A DNA stretch of 64,000 nucleotides from Acidimicrobiaceae bacterium (GTDB lineage: Bacteria > Actinomycetota > Acidimicrobiia > Acidimicrobiales > RAAP-2). The stretch lies in the NCBI GenBank assembly GCA_027306605.1, contig DAHUZK010000051.1, positions 15,977-79,976 of the forward strand, given 5' to 3'. The notes beneath the pieces were generated by a model. That model did not search any database. It saw only the letters and a program-made list of their open reading frames with translations, and was not told the DNA's origin. A program made the position numbers and the translations under genes. Below are positions 45,653 through 54,685 of this stretch, piece after piece (within the stretch, counting starts at the first letter, position 1; every line of letters begins with the position of its first letter).

Positions 45653-46103
45653 GGCGGCGCGCCTTGAGGAGGTCCAGCGCCTTGTCGGCGTGGCCGGCCA
45701 TGGAGATCTCGCTGCGAATGACCTCGAGCACCGTGCGATCGGTGTCGATGACGAAGGTGATGCGCCTGTTCGGGAGGAAGCTCGGTCCGCGGGCGGCGCC
45801 CAGTTGCGCCGCCACGACCCGGTCCGGGTCGGAGAGCAACGGGAGCCCGAGCGACTCCTTGTCGTCGAAGCGCTTCTGCTTCTCCACCGTGTCGGCACTG
45901 ATGCCGACCGGCTGTGCCCCCACCGCGGCGAACTCGGCCGAGAGGTCCCGGAAATGGCAGCTCTCCTTGGTGCAGCCGTAGGTCATGGCGGCCGGGTAGA
46001 AGAACAGCACGACCGGGCCCGTCCGGAGGAGCTCGCTCAGCGCGCGGGTCGTACCCGTCTGGTCCGGGAGCTCGAAATCCGGGACGACGTCGCCTTTGCG
46101 CAT
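45645..46103 (-). CDS. bcp: Peroxiredoxin (Bcp-type thiol peroxidase)
   Basis: 152 aa. FFYPAAMTYGCTKESC contains the peroxidatic Cys in a Bcp context. Confidence 0.9.
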   Translation of the reverse strand: MRKGDVVPDFELPDQTGTTRALSELLRTGPVVLFFYPAAMTYGCTKESCHFRDLSAEFAAVGAQPVGISADTVEKQKRFDDKESLGLPLLSDPDRVVAAQLGAARGPSFLPNRRITFVIDTDRTVLEVIRSEISMAGHADKALDLLKARRPA

Positions 46104-46138
46104 GCGCTCAATGTAGAGCCCCCGGAGCAGCCCCGCCC

Positions 46139-46213
46139 GGATCGCTCAGGTCCGGACGGCTCAGGTCCGGACGGCTCAGGTCCGGATCGCTCAGGTCCGG
46201 AGCCTAGGGCTCG
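46139..46213. repeat. 15-nt tandem repeat x4 plus a degenerate fifth copy (GGA(T/C)(C/G)GCTCAGGTCC) abutting the response-regulator stop
   Basis: Read directly. Copies follow an A-B-B-A pattern, and each junction creates the palindrome GTCCGGAC. Lies between the regulator stop (46204) and the bcp start (46103). Confidence 0.9.
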
Positions 46214-46950
46214 AAGCGGAAGCCGACGCCGCGGACCGTGACGATATGGCGGGGGTGGGCGGGGTCCGGCTCGACCTTGCGGCGCAGGCGCTTGATGTGG
46301 GTGTCGAGTGTGCGCGTGTCGGTCAGTTCCTGGTCCCACCACAGGCGGTCGATGCACAGGTCGCGGGTGACGACCTGCCCGCTGTGCGACATCAGGAGCG
46401 CCAGCAGGTCGAACTCCTTGCGGGAGAGCTCGACCGGGACGTCGTGCACCGTGACCTCCCGGCGTCCGGCGTCGAGGCGCACGGGTCCGACGCTGAGCAC
46501 CTCGTCGTGGTGCTCCACGATGGAGACGCCCCGGCGCAGGACGGCGCGCATGCGCGCCACCAATTCGCGCAGCCGGAACGGCTTGGCCACGTAGTCACTG
46601 GCGCCGAGCTCGAGCCCGAGGACGACGTCGACCTCGGAGTCGCGGGCGGTCACCATGATGATGGGCACGGGCTTGAGATTGCGCATCTGCTGGCAGATCT
46701 CGATCCCGGACTGGTCGGGGAGCATGACATCGAGGAGCACGATGTCCGGATGCAGACGGTGGAAGAGCCGGAGGGCGTCGTGGCCGTTTCCGGCCGATTC
46801 CACGGCGAAGCCCTCCCGCGCCAGGCCGGAGGCGAGCGCCTGCCGGTAGGACTCCTCGTCGTCGACGACGAGGACCAGCGGCCGGTTCTCGCGCGCCGGC
46901 CCGGCGTTGGGGTTACCGCCGGCGCCCGCCGATGGCTTCGCGATCACCAC
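46204..46950 (-). CDS. OmpR/PhoB-family response regulator (no adjacent histidine kinase)
   Basis: Receiver domain (LVLVVDDEES, DIVLLDVMLPDQSG, MVTARD) and a winged-helix output (LSRKEFDLLALLM...VRGVGFRFEP). Confidence 0.9.
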   Translation of the reverse strand: MVIAKPSAGAGGNPNAGPARENRPLVLVVDDEESYRQALASGLAREGFAVESAGNGHDALRLFHRLHPDIVLLDVMLPDQSGIEICQQMRNLKPVPIIMVTARDSEVDVVLGLELGASDYVAKPFRLRELVARMRAVLRRGVSIVEHHDEVLSVGPVRLDAGRREVTVHDVPVELSRKEFDLLALLMSHSGQVVTRDLCIDRLWWDQELTDTRTLDTHIKRLRRKVEPDPAHPRHIVTVRGVGFRFEP

Positions 46951-46962
46951 GCCCGGCCCGCC

Positions 46963-47244
46963 TCAGGCTGCGTCGTGCGGGACCCGAGGCGGGGCGGTGG
47001 TGCGAGGGGCAGGCGACGACGGCGGCCGGGGGGAGGATTCCGCCGACGCCGCCTGGGGACGCGGGGAGGCGATCACCCGCGCCACGGCTACCAGCGACCC
47101 GATGAGCCCGGGGCGGTGTGCGCGCCCCGGCCGGATCCTGATGACCTCGGCCAGGGAGGAGTCCTGGCCGCGATGGCGGCCGGCAGCGGGGTTGGAACGG
47201 AACCCTCGACCGCCGCGCTCGGGGTGCTCGACCACGTTCGCCAT
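46963..47244 (-). CDS. Hypothetical small protein upstream of the orphan response regulator
   Basis: 93-aa ORF with high GC3. Its stop is 12 nt before the regulator start. No recognisable domain. Confidence 0.3.
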   Translation of the reverse strand: MANVVEHPERGGRGFRSNPAAGRHRGQDSSLAEVIRIRPGRAHRPGLIGSLVAVARVIASPRPQAASAESSPRPPSSPAPRTTAPPRVPHDAA

Positions 47245-47380
47245 CGGGCCTCACGCTACGGAGCCGAGGTGAACACCCCGTGAAACGGTTGCAACCGGCG
47301 GGTGTTCTCGAGATGAACTCTCAAGGACGGCGACGGTGTGTCGAGCGGTACGCTCCCGGGACCGGACAGGGAGGTGCCCG

Positions 47381-47881
47381 ATGACCCAGGCGATGGGCCA
47401 TGGCGTGAACCAGCGCAAGCTCATAGAGATGACGCCCGACGAGGTGGACGCGTTCTTGGCCGAGCGTCGTGCCATGACCATGTGCTCGTTGTCCCCGGAC
47501 GGCTCGATCCACGCGGTCGCCATGTGGTACGGCTTCTTGGAGGGCTGCGTCACCGTCGAGACCAAGGCCAAGTCCCAGAAGGTGCAGAACCTGCGTCGCG
47601 ACCCCCGCCTCACGCTTCTCTTCGAGGCCGGCGACTACTACGAGGAGCTCCGGGGCGTGGAGCTGGTGGGCAAGGCGGAGATCGTGGAGGACCCCGAACG
47701 GGTCTGGACCCTGGGGGTCAGCGTGTTCGAGCGCTACTACGGCGCCTACTCCGAGGAGGTCAAGCCCTTCATCGAGACCATGCTGCGCAAGCGCGTGGCG
47801 ATCAAGCTCAATGTCGAGCGGACCGTGAGCTGGGACCACCGGAAGCTGGGGCTACCCTCGACGCGCCCGGCCGCCGGCTGA
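47381..47881 (+). CDS. PPOX-class F420/FMN-dependent split-barrel protein
   Basis: MTQAMGHGVNQRKLIEMTPDEVDAFLAERRAMTMCSLSPDGSIHAVAMWY...KAKSQKVQNLRRDPR. Confidence 0.78.
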   Translation: MTQAMGHGVNQRKLIEMTPDEVDAFLAERRAMTMCSLSPDGSIHAVAMWYGFLEGCVTVETKAKSQKVQNLRRDPRLTLLFEAGDYYEELRGVELVGKAEIVEDPERVWTLGVSVFERYYGAYSEEVKPFIETMLRKRVAIKLNVERTVSWDHRKLGLPSTRPAAG

Positions 47882-47915
47882 ACATCGCCGGCGACGCACC
47901 GTCCGGGCGCGGGGG

Positions 47916-49340
47916 TCACGAAGCCGGCTGTTCGGTCGCCTTGATCATCTGGAGCATGCCGTCCTCGACGCCGCCGGCGAGCACGTCGATGTCGGGGGCG
48001 GAGTCGTAGTCGCCGGTGATGCCGAAGTTGACTTCGCCGTCGTAGGAGAAGACGGCGATGCCGAGGCGCATCTGCCCGCCCAGCGGCACGTAGGGATAGG
48101 CCCGGATCATGCGCCGCCCCGCGGCGTAGAGCGGGAACTGCGGTCCCGGGACGTTCGTCGTGACCGTGTTGACGTTGCGCTGCCCGGCCCGGGTGGCGAG
48201 GCGCATGCCGAGTGCCAACAGCATGGGCGGCGCGAAGCCCGACATGGACGTCAGCGCCTCGCCGGCCAGTGCCTGCCTGGAATCCTTCAGGTCTTTCATC
48301 TGCTCGGTGATGGCGTGGAGCCGGAGCACGGGATCGTCGATGTCCACGGGTAGCTCGGCGAACATGGCGGAGACCCTGTTCTCGTAGGTGCCGTCACCGA
48401 CGGCCTTCCCCGAGGGGTCGCGCGGGCGGACCGAGACGGGCACGAGCGTGCGCACCACGCGGTCGACGCTCTCGTGGCGCGCGAGGAGCAGCTCGCGGAA
48501 CCCGTTGGTGATGGAGGCCAGGACCACGTCGTTGAACGTGCCGCCCAGTGCCCTTCGGACCCGCTTGATGTCGTCGACGGACGTCGACGCCCAGGCATAG
48601 CGGCGGTGAGGGCCGAGTGGCCCGTTCAAGCTCGACAGGGGCATCGGCCGCACGAGACCGCTCAGCGAGAACAGCCCGCCGGCGACCTCGAGGGCGTACC
48701 CGAGGGCGCGCCGCAGGGGACGCGTGTGGGCCCGGGCGGCGCGGATCTGCTCGTACGGCGAGAGGGCGAGGTTCTCGACGGCCTGGACCACCAGCTCGAG
48801 CCCGGACGGCTCGGGGTGGGGCTCCCAGGTCGAAGAAGCCGGCTGCGCCGGCTCGGGTGTCACGTCCAGCACGACAGCGAGGAGGTCGCTGCCCGAGATG
48901 CCGTCCACCAGGGCGTGGTGGGTCTTGGCCAGAATGGCCCAGCGACCTTCGTCGAGGCCCTCGACCACCCAGATCTCCCAGAGTGGCTTCGAGCGATCGA
49001 GCGGCTGGGCCATGACGCGCCCGACCAGCTTGCGCAGCTCGCTCTCCCCACCCGGTGCCGGCAGCGCGGTGTGCCGCAGGTGGTACTCGAGGTTGAAGTG
49101 GGGATCGTCGACCCACACCGGCCGACCCAGCTCGAAGGGGACCGCCTTGACCTTCTGCCGGTAGCGGGGGACGAGATCGAGCTTGGCGCCGACCATTCTG
49201 ACGACGTCGCCGTAGGGCGGCGGCGGACCTTGGAAGATCATGACCGACGCGATGTGCATGTGGGAGACGTGGTCCTCGATGTGGAGGAACGAGGTGTCCA
49301 GGGGGCTGAGGCGGTCGGGACCCATCCACCCTCCCTTCAC
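47916..49340 (-). CDS. Wax ester synthase/diacylglycerol acyltransferase (WS/DGAT) family protein, copy 2
   Basis: 474 aa. SPLDTSFLHIED at the N-terminus and the catalytic HHALVDG motif. Confidence 0.88.
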   Translation of the reverse strand: MKGGWMGPDRLSPLDTSFLHIEDHVSHMHIASVMIFQGPPPPYGDVVRMVGAKLDLVPRYRQKVKAVPFELGRPVWVDDPHFNLEYHLRHTALPAPGGESELRKLVGRVMAQPLDRSKPLWEIWVVEGLDEGRWAILAKTHHALVDGISGSDLLAVVLDVTPEPAQPASSTWEPHPEPSGLELVVQAVENLALSPYEQIRAARAHTRPLRRALGYALEVAGGLFSLSGLVRPMPLSSLNGPLGPHRRYAWASTSVDDIKRVRRALGGTFNDVVLASITNGFRELLLARHESVDRVVRTLVPVSVRPRDPSGKAVGDGTYENRVSAMFAELPVDIDDPVLRLHAITEQMKDLKDSRQALAGEALTSMSGFAPPMLLALGMRLATRAGQRNVNTVTTNVPGPQFPLYAAGRRMIRAYPYVPLGGQMRLGIAVFSYDGEVNFGITGDYDSAPDIDVLAGGVEDGMLQMIKATEQPAS

Positions 49341-49383
49341 GGTCGGCGGCCAGCGCCGCGTCCGCGCGCACGCTACCGCGCCC

Positions 49384-49468
49384 GGCGGACGCGGCGGGTT
49401 CGGTGCGCCGGCTCAGCCGACGGACGCGGCGGGTTCGGTGCGCCGGCTCAGCCGGCGGACGCGGCGGG
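49384..49468. repeat. 35-nt tandem repeat, 2 full copies plus a partial third, overlapping the patatin gene stop
   Basis: GGACGCGGCGGGTTCGGTGCGCCGGCTCAGCCGAC-type unit repeated at 49387, 49422 and 49457. The copy nearest the gene encodes the last residues and the TGA of the patatin-like gene. Confidence 0.88.
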
Positions 49469-50464
49469 CAGAGGCTCGCCGAGGGAGGCCAGGAACGGCG
49501 TGGCGACGATCCGGCGCCGGGTCTCCTCGTAGGCCGCTTCGATCACCGCCGGGCTCCGGTCCTCGGCCATGGCGCGCAGGCCCATGGCGCGGCGCGAGGA
49601 CGCGCCCGGCTCGAGGCTGATGACGGCGGTCCCCGCCTCCTCGAGCCGCGTGATCTCGCGTCGCATCCGGCGGTGCACGGCCCGGCGGACCAAGCCGTCC
49701 GCCCCGTTGGCGTTGCCGTGGGCGGCCGAGAGGGACGAGACGACGACGACCACGTCCAGCTCCGCCCGGGTGAGGACGTCGGCGTTGGTGGCCGAGTGCA
49801 CGCCACCGTCGACGTATTCGGTGCCGTCGACGGCAACGGGACAGAAGTACCCCGGGATGGCGCACGAGGCCAGGACGGCGGCGGCCAGGCGGGCCGGCGG
49901 CGCACCGGGATCGCCGAAGACGACGCGCTCCCCGTCGGTGCGACGGACGGCACAGAGGCGCAGCCCCTCGGGCCAGCGTTCACCGATGAGCCGGTCGAGG
50001 CCCGCCGCCCGGTCCGAGATGTCGACGCGGCCCCGGGGCAGCAGCGTCATGGCCGCCACGTCGGGCCGGAAGGCGAGCGGCCGGCGGAGGGTCCGGGCCA
50101 CCAGGGCGGGAGAGGGCAGGTTCCAGGGACGCAGGAGCGAGAGCACCGAGGGGGCGGGCAGCGGTCCGGCATCGCCGGGCAGGATGCGCCGCAGGAGGGC
50201 GCCTCCCCTGCGCGAGGTCGGGGCGCCGTAGAGCGAGGCGGCCAGGTCGGTCGCGGGAACACCGACGCGGAGTGCGGTCCCGGTGACCGAGCCGGCCGAG
50301 GTGCCGACGACCGCATCGGCACGGCGGGGGTCCCAACCCGCTTCGCGCTCGAGTGCGGCCAGCACGCCGGCCTGGTAGGCCTGGCCGACGACGCCACCGG
50401 CGCCGAGCACCAGCCCGATCCTCGGCGTCCGGTGAGGTTGGAATCCTCCGTGCACCACCTGCAT
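49448..50464 (-). CDS. Patatin-like phospholipase
   Basis: Oxyanion motif GLVLGAGGVVG and the serine lipase motif GTSAG. Start taken at ATG 50464. Confidence 0.85.
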   Translation of the reverse strand: MQVVHGGFQPHRTPRIGLVLGAGGVVGQAYQAGVLAALEREAGWDPRRADAVVGTSAGSVTGTALRVGVPATDLAASLYGAPTSRRGGALLRRILPGDAGPLPAPSVLSLLRPWNLPSPALVARTLRRPLAFRPDVAAMTLLPRGRVDISDRAAGLDRLIGERWPEGLRLCAVRRTDGERVVFGDPGAPPARLAAAVLASCAIPGYFCPVAVDGTEYVDGGVHSATNADVLTRAELDVVVVVSSLSAAHGNANGADGLVRRAVHRRMRREITRLEEAGTAVISLEPGASSRRAMGLRAMAEDRSPAVIEAAYEETRRRIVATPFLASLGEPLPAASAG

Positions 50465-50560
50465 CCCCCTGGTTCTACCCGGCGGCCGCCGTGACATCAC
50501 ATCGGTCACACAGCCGCAGGCGAAGTGTGGTGCCCGCACCGGCCGTTCCGGGGCGGCCGG

Positions 50561-51220
50561 TCAGGAGTCGAGGAAGCGGAGCACGGCGAGCACGCGACGG
50601 TGGTCCTTGTCCGACACCGGGAGGTCGAGCTTGGCGAAGATGTTGGCGACGTGCTTCTCCACCGCTCCCTCGCTGACCACCAGCGCGGCGGCGATGGCCG
50701 CGTTGGAGCGGCCCTCGGCCATGAGCGAGAGCACCTCGCGCTCGCGCGGGGTGAGCGAGGAGAGCGAGTCCGTGCGCCGTGTCGCCCCCAGGAGCTGGGT
50801 CACCACTTCGGGGTCCAAGGCCGTTCCTCCGATCGCCACGCGCTCGAGTGCTTCGACGAAGTCCTTGACGTCGGCCACCCGGTCCTTGAGCAGGTAGCCG
50901 ATTCCGGCGGCGTCGTCGGCCAGGAGGTCGGCGGCATAGCGGGTCTCGATGTACTGCGAGAAGAGAAGGATGCCCATCCCCTCACAACGCGCCCGGAGAT
51001 CGAGCGCCAGGCGCAGCCCCTCGTCGGTGAACGTCGGGGGCATGCGGATGTCGATGACGGCCACGTCGGGTGGGTTCTGGGCGACCGAACTACACAGCGC
51101 GTCCGGATCGGCGACGGCACCGGTGATGACGAAGCCGCGGTCGACGAGGAGCTGGACCAGGCCGTCGCGCAGGATGGCCGAGTCCTCGGCGATGGCGACG
51201 CGCAGCCCCTCCCGCGTCAT
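50561..51220 (-). CDS. NarL/LuxR-family response regulator
   Basis: 219 aa: receiver (RVAIAEDSAILRDG, DVAVIDIRMPP) and a LuxR HTH (LTPREREVLSLMAEGRSNAAIAAAL). Its ATG overlaps the kinase stop (ATGA). Confidence 0.92.
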   Translation of the reverse strand: MTREGLRVAIAEDSAILRDGLVQLLVDRGFVITGAVADPDALCSSVAQNPPDVAVIDIRMPPTFTDEGLRLALDLRARCEGMGILLFSQYIETRYAADLLADDAAGIGYLLKDRVADVKDFVEALERVAIGGTALDPEVVTQLLGATRRTDSLSSLTPREREVLSLMAEGRSNAAIAAALVVSEGAVEKHVANIFAKLDLPVSDKDHRRVLAVLRFLDS

Positions 51221-52602
51221 GCCGAGAGCGGGAGGTCGACGGTGACGACCGTGGGACCCCCCGTCGGGCTCGTCAGGTACAGGCGGCCGTCCACGGTGCG
51301 GACGCGCTCGGTCAGTCCGACCAACCCGCTCGAGGAGGAGCCGAGGGTGGAGAGCTCCGCCCCGCCCCGTCCGTCGTCGCGCACGACGAGCCGCAACCAG
51401 GTGCCCTGCTGGGCACACGACACCGAGGCGCGAGATGCCTGCGCGTGCTGGGCCACGTTGGCCAGCAGCTCCGCCACGCAGTAGTAGGCGATGGCCTCGA
51501 TGGACGGGGTGGGCCGCGCCGGCAGGTCGACGGTCACCGTGGTGGGCACGGCGCTGCGGGCGGCCAGGGTGGCCAGCGCCCCTTCCAGGCCGATGTCGAG
51601 CGCAGGGGGATGGATGCCGCGGGCGATGTCGCGCAGCTCGACGATGGCCTCCTTGGCGCCGCGGTGGGCCTCGTCGACCAGGGCGCGCACCTGGGCCAGG
51701 TCGGCGTGCTCTGGATCCTCCAGCTTCTCCTTGGCCATGCCCAGCCGCATGGCCAGGGCCACCAGCTGGGCCTGGGTGCCGTCGTGCAGGTCGCGCTCGA
51801 TCCGGCGCAGCGTCGCCGCCGAAGCGTCCACGGTCTGGGTCCGGGCGTGCTCCAGGGTGTGCAGGCGAGCGGCCACCGGGTCGGGCCCCAGCAGGCTGCG
51901 CACGAGGAGCCGGTCGACGCTGACGAAGGCGCGCACGAGCCACGGCGCGGCGAGGAGGAAGACGAATCCGGCGATGACGAGCGCCACCGCATGGGTGAAC
52001 GTCCCGTCCCCGTCGAAGGTCCCTCCCGGCACCAGGGCGCGCGGCAGGCCGAAGGCCGGAACGCTGCCGCCGCCGAAGAACGGGTGGGCGATGCACACGG
52101 CAGCGTCCCACCAGAAGGCGAACCCCACGAGGCCGGCGAGGACGGCCCACGGGACCTTGAGGACCAGGTAGCCAACGGCCCGCCACGCCACCCGGTCGCG
52201 CAGCGCGGACTGGAGCCAGCCGAGGAAGCCGCGCCGGGCGGCGAACGGCTCGGGGTCGTCGACCGTCTCCCCGAGCAGGGAGCGGGCCAGCCCGCGGGTC
52301 CAGCCTCCGAAGCCCCGGGCCGAGCGCAGGGAGAGCGCCAGGATCGCCACGCCGAAGAAGGTGACGGCCAGCAGCACGCCCGTCGCCATGGTGACGCCGA
52401 CGAAGCCGAGAGCGACGGCGGCCAGGCCCCCGCTCACCAGGGAGAAGGCGAGCTCGTGCCAGGCCCGCCTGGTGAACGGCTCCCGCGCGATGCGGCGAGC
52501 GAGCGCCTTGGCCGCGGCAGCCTGCTCATGGGTGATGGCGAGGGACATCTCTCTGCCTCCCAGGCGCACGCGCACCTCGCTGCTCTCGGCCTGCTCGACC
52601 AT
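51217..52602 (-). CDS. Sensor histidine kinase (HisKA_3 / NarL-partner type) with actinobacterial multi-TM sensor domain
   Basis: H-box RIERDLHDGTQAQLVAL and a HATPase_c region (ELLANVAQHA, DDGRGGA, GLVGLTERV). N-terminal TM sensor region. Confidence 0.9.
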   Translation of the reverse strand: MVEQAESSEVRVRLGGREMSLAITHEQAAAAKALARRIAREPFTRRAWHELAFSLVSGGLAAVALGFVGVTMATGVLLAVTFFGVAILALSLRSARGFGGWTRGLARSLLGETVDDPEPFAARRGFLGWLQSALRDRVAWRAVGYLVLKVPWAVLAGLVGFAFWWDAAVCIAHPFFGGGSVPAFGLPRALVPGGTFDGDGTFTHAVALVIAGFVFLLAAPWLVRAFVSVDRLLVRSLLGPDPVAARLHTLEHARTQTVDASAATLRRIERDLHDGTQAQLVALAMRLGMAKEKLEDPEHADLAQVRALVDEAHRGAKEAIVELRDIARGIHPPALDIGLEGALATLAARSAVPTTVTVDLPARPTPSIEAIAYYCVAELLANVAQHAQASRASVSCAQQGTWLRLVVRDDGRGGAELSTLGSSSSGLVGLTERVRTVDGRLYLTSPTGGPTVVTVDLPLSA

Positions 52603-52924
52603 CAGGCATCACGCTTGCCGAGGACGAGGGCCCCCGCAAACAGAGCCAACAGGGTGGAGACGACCATCCCGAAGCATCCCGTCACCGTTCTCGGCCGCAC
52701 GGTGGAGCTGAGATGGTCGGCCGCGAGCGTCTTGCCGTCGCGCTTCGTCGGTCCGTCGGTCCGTCGGTGACGATCATGGGGATTCCTCCGGGGGGCCAAC
52801 CTGTCGGGCTCCCCCAGCTTGCGGTGACGCGGTGGCCGGCGGAATGCCGCTACCGGGCGTCCGGTGCTGGTGCTGGCACCCCTGTGGCGAGGCCGGGCGC
52901 TCCGGACGCCGCGGCCGGGGCGGC

Positions 52925-54685
52925 TCAGTGCCCGGCGGCGGCCGGGGAACCCGGCCAGGCGGGATAGGCGGGTGGCGCGTCGGGCGGCGAGGAGTAGCTG
53001 GTGACGGATCCGGCCTTGCTGAACATGGGGACCGGTCCCGAGGGCACCACCCCTTCCTTGTAGCGGCGGCCGCCGTCGACATAGCGCATCAGCCCGGTGC
53101 CGTCGACGCCCTCCTCGTCGGGGCCATTGGCCGTGGCGTCGTACCACAAGAACGTGTAGTCGGCCGGGGACGAGTAGCTCGGGAGCGGGGACGCACCCTG
53201 GTAGCCGTAGGCGTCGAGGGGGGAGGTGGGCCCACCGCCGGCCGGCGGCGCGCGGAAGAGCCCGGTGGTGAAGGTGGACGCGCTGAGATCCGGTCCGGCC
53301 AGCTGCACGCCCTCGAAGAACTGCTGGATGGGCGGGATGATGGCGGGGGCGGCGAGCGAGGCCGGTGCGGCGCCGGCTCCGTACCACCAGTGGTAGAGGC
53401 GGAGGGCCCCGCCGGTGGCCGGCGGCGTGGGGACGGCCAGGCTGGTGACCCCGAAGGCGTGCGCCCACTCCTTCTGGTCGTAGTAGCGCGCCAGCGTGGA
53501 CGTGTCCGTCAACACGATGCCGGTGATGATCCACTCGGGGTAATAGCCGATGTTGGCGGCGGCCTTGGTGAGGTAGATCGGCATGATGGGATCGCCGGCG
53601 AACACCACGCTGGTCGCCCCCGAGGCCTTGAGCTTCTCGGCGACGGTGGCCGCCTGCGTCGGCAGGGTCGTGAGGTCCAGCGTGTAGTTCAGGGCGTGCT
53701 GGGACGCCATGTCGACGTGGCCCGCCTGCAGCTTCTTCGTCAGGAGCGCCGTCAGCTCGTGGGTCCCGGGCGAGGGCGGCTCCGACGTCTCGGCCACCAC
53801 GATGAACGAGCGCTTCTCGTGGTGCATGGCGGGGTCACCGGCCCAGATGGCGTCCTTGCCGTTCAACTTGGCCACCAGGTAGTCGATCGTCTCGGTCAGC
53901 GAGGTGTCGGCGGTGGGAAGGTTGGCCCACTGGTAGGGGGCGTTCTGCTTGATCTGCCCGTAGAGGGACGAGTCGCCACAGGCCAGGCACAACACGTGCT
54001 GGCGGGCCAACTCGTCCTCGTAGGCGTTCGTCAGGGCGGGGCCGTTGATGGAGGCGAACGCGTGGTCCTGCTCGGCGACGGTCACCGCGTCGGCGTGCGC
54101 CGCCACCGGATCACTGGCGGAGCCCGTGGCCACGAACGGGATCAGGTTGACGTGCCGCCCGTACATCTCGAAGATCTTGTTGAACATGGCGACGTAGGCC
54201 TGGGCCGTGGCGAGTGCCTGGGCGTTGGTCCCCGCCGCGCCCTGGACCACGGCGGTGAGCCCACCGGGCTGCGCCTGGTAGTACACGAGATTGATGGCGG
54301 TGCTGCTCACCCCGTTCGAGGTGGCACCTCCGTTGGAGGCGCCGGGGGCCGCCACCGGCACGCAGGGGGGCGCGTAGACGCTCGGGACCTTCAGGCGCCC
54401 CGTCGTGTGGTCGCACTGGGGACCCCAGTCGTAGCTGCCCGCCTTGCCCGCCTTGGCGGCCGCGGCGTAGGTGATCGGCACGCTGGTGTGCTGACCCGGC
54501 GGGGAGCCGGTGCCGCCGCCGGTCCCGGTGGCGTCGGTGGTGGCGGTGCTGTTGTTCTCGTTCACGGTGGCGATGGCACCGGCCGCCACGAGCGCGGCCA
54601 CGACGAGCACGACCGGACCGGCGATCCGCAGGCGGCTGACCTTGGGCCACGGACGTTCCGTCCGTCGCGGGTCGGGGTCGCTCAT
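52925..54685 (-). CDS. Large (586 aa) type-I periplasmic-binding-protein-like ABC substrate-binding protein, N-terminal TM anchor
   Basis: N-terminal anchor LRIAGPVVLVVAALVAAGAIA, then a Thr/Gly linker and a Liv-type SBP-like body. ATGA overlap with the upstream ATPase gene. Confidence 0.7.
   Translation of the reverse strand: MSDPDPRRTERPWPKVSRLRIAGPVVLVVAALVAAGAIATVNENNSTATTDATGTGGGTGSPPGQHTSVPITYAAAAKAGKAGSYDWGPQCDHTTGRLKVPSVYAPPCVPVAAPGASNGGATSNGVSSTAINLVYYQAQPGGLTAVVQGAAGTNAQALATAQAYVAMFNKIFEMYGRHVNLIPFVATGSASDPVAAHADAVTVAEQDHAFASINGPALTNAYEDELARQHVLCLACGDSSLYGQIKQNAPYQWANLPTADTSLTETIDYLVAKLNGKDAIWAGDPAMHHEKRSFIVVAETSEPPSPGTHELTALLTKKLQAGHVDMASQHALNYTLDLTTLPTQAATVAEKLKASGATSVVFAGDPIMPIYLTKAAANIGYYPEWIITGIVLTDTSTLARYYDQKEWAHAFGVTSLAVPTPPATGGALRLYHWWYGAGAAPASLAAPAIIPPIQQFFEGVQLAGPDLSASTFTTGLFRAPPAGGGPTSPLDAYGYQGASPLPSYSSPADYTFLWYDATANGPDEEGVDGTGLMRYVDGGRRYKEGVVPSGPVPMFSKAGSVTSYSSPPDAPPAYPAWPGSPAAAGH

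Noticed and set aside
44831-45898. 355-aa version of the SDR gene starting at ATG 45898
   Set aside because: It would overlap the well-supported bcp gene out of frame for about 250 nt and adds an Arg/Ser-rich nonsense N-terminus.
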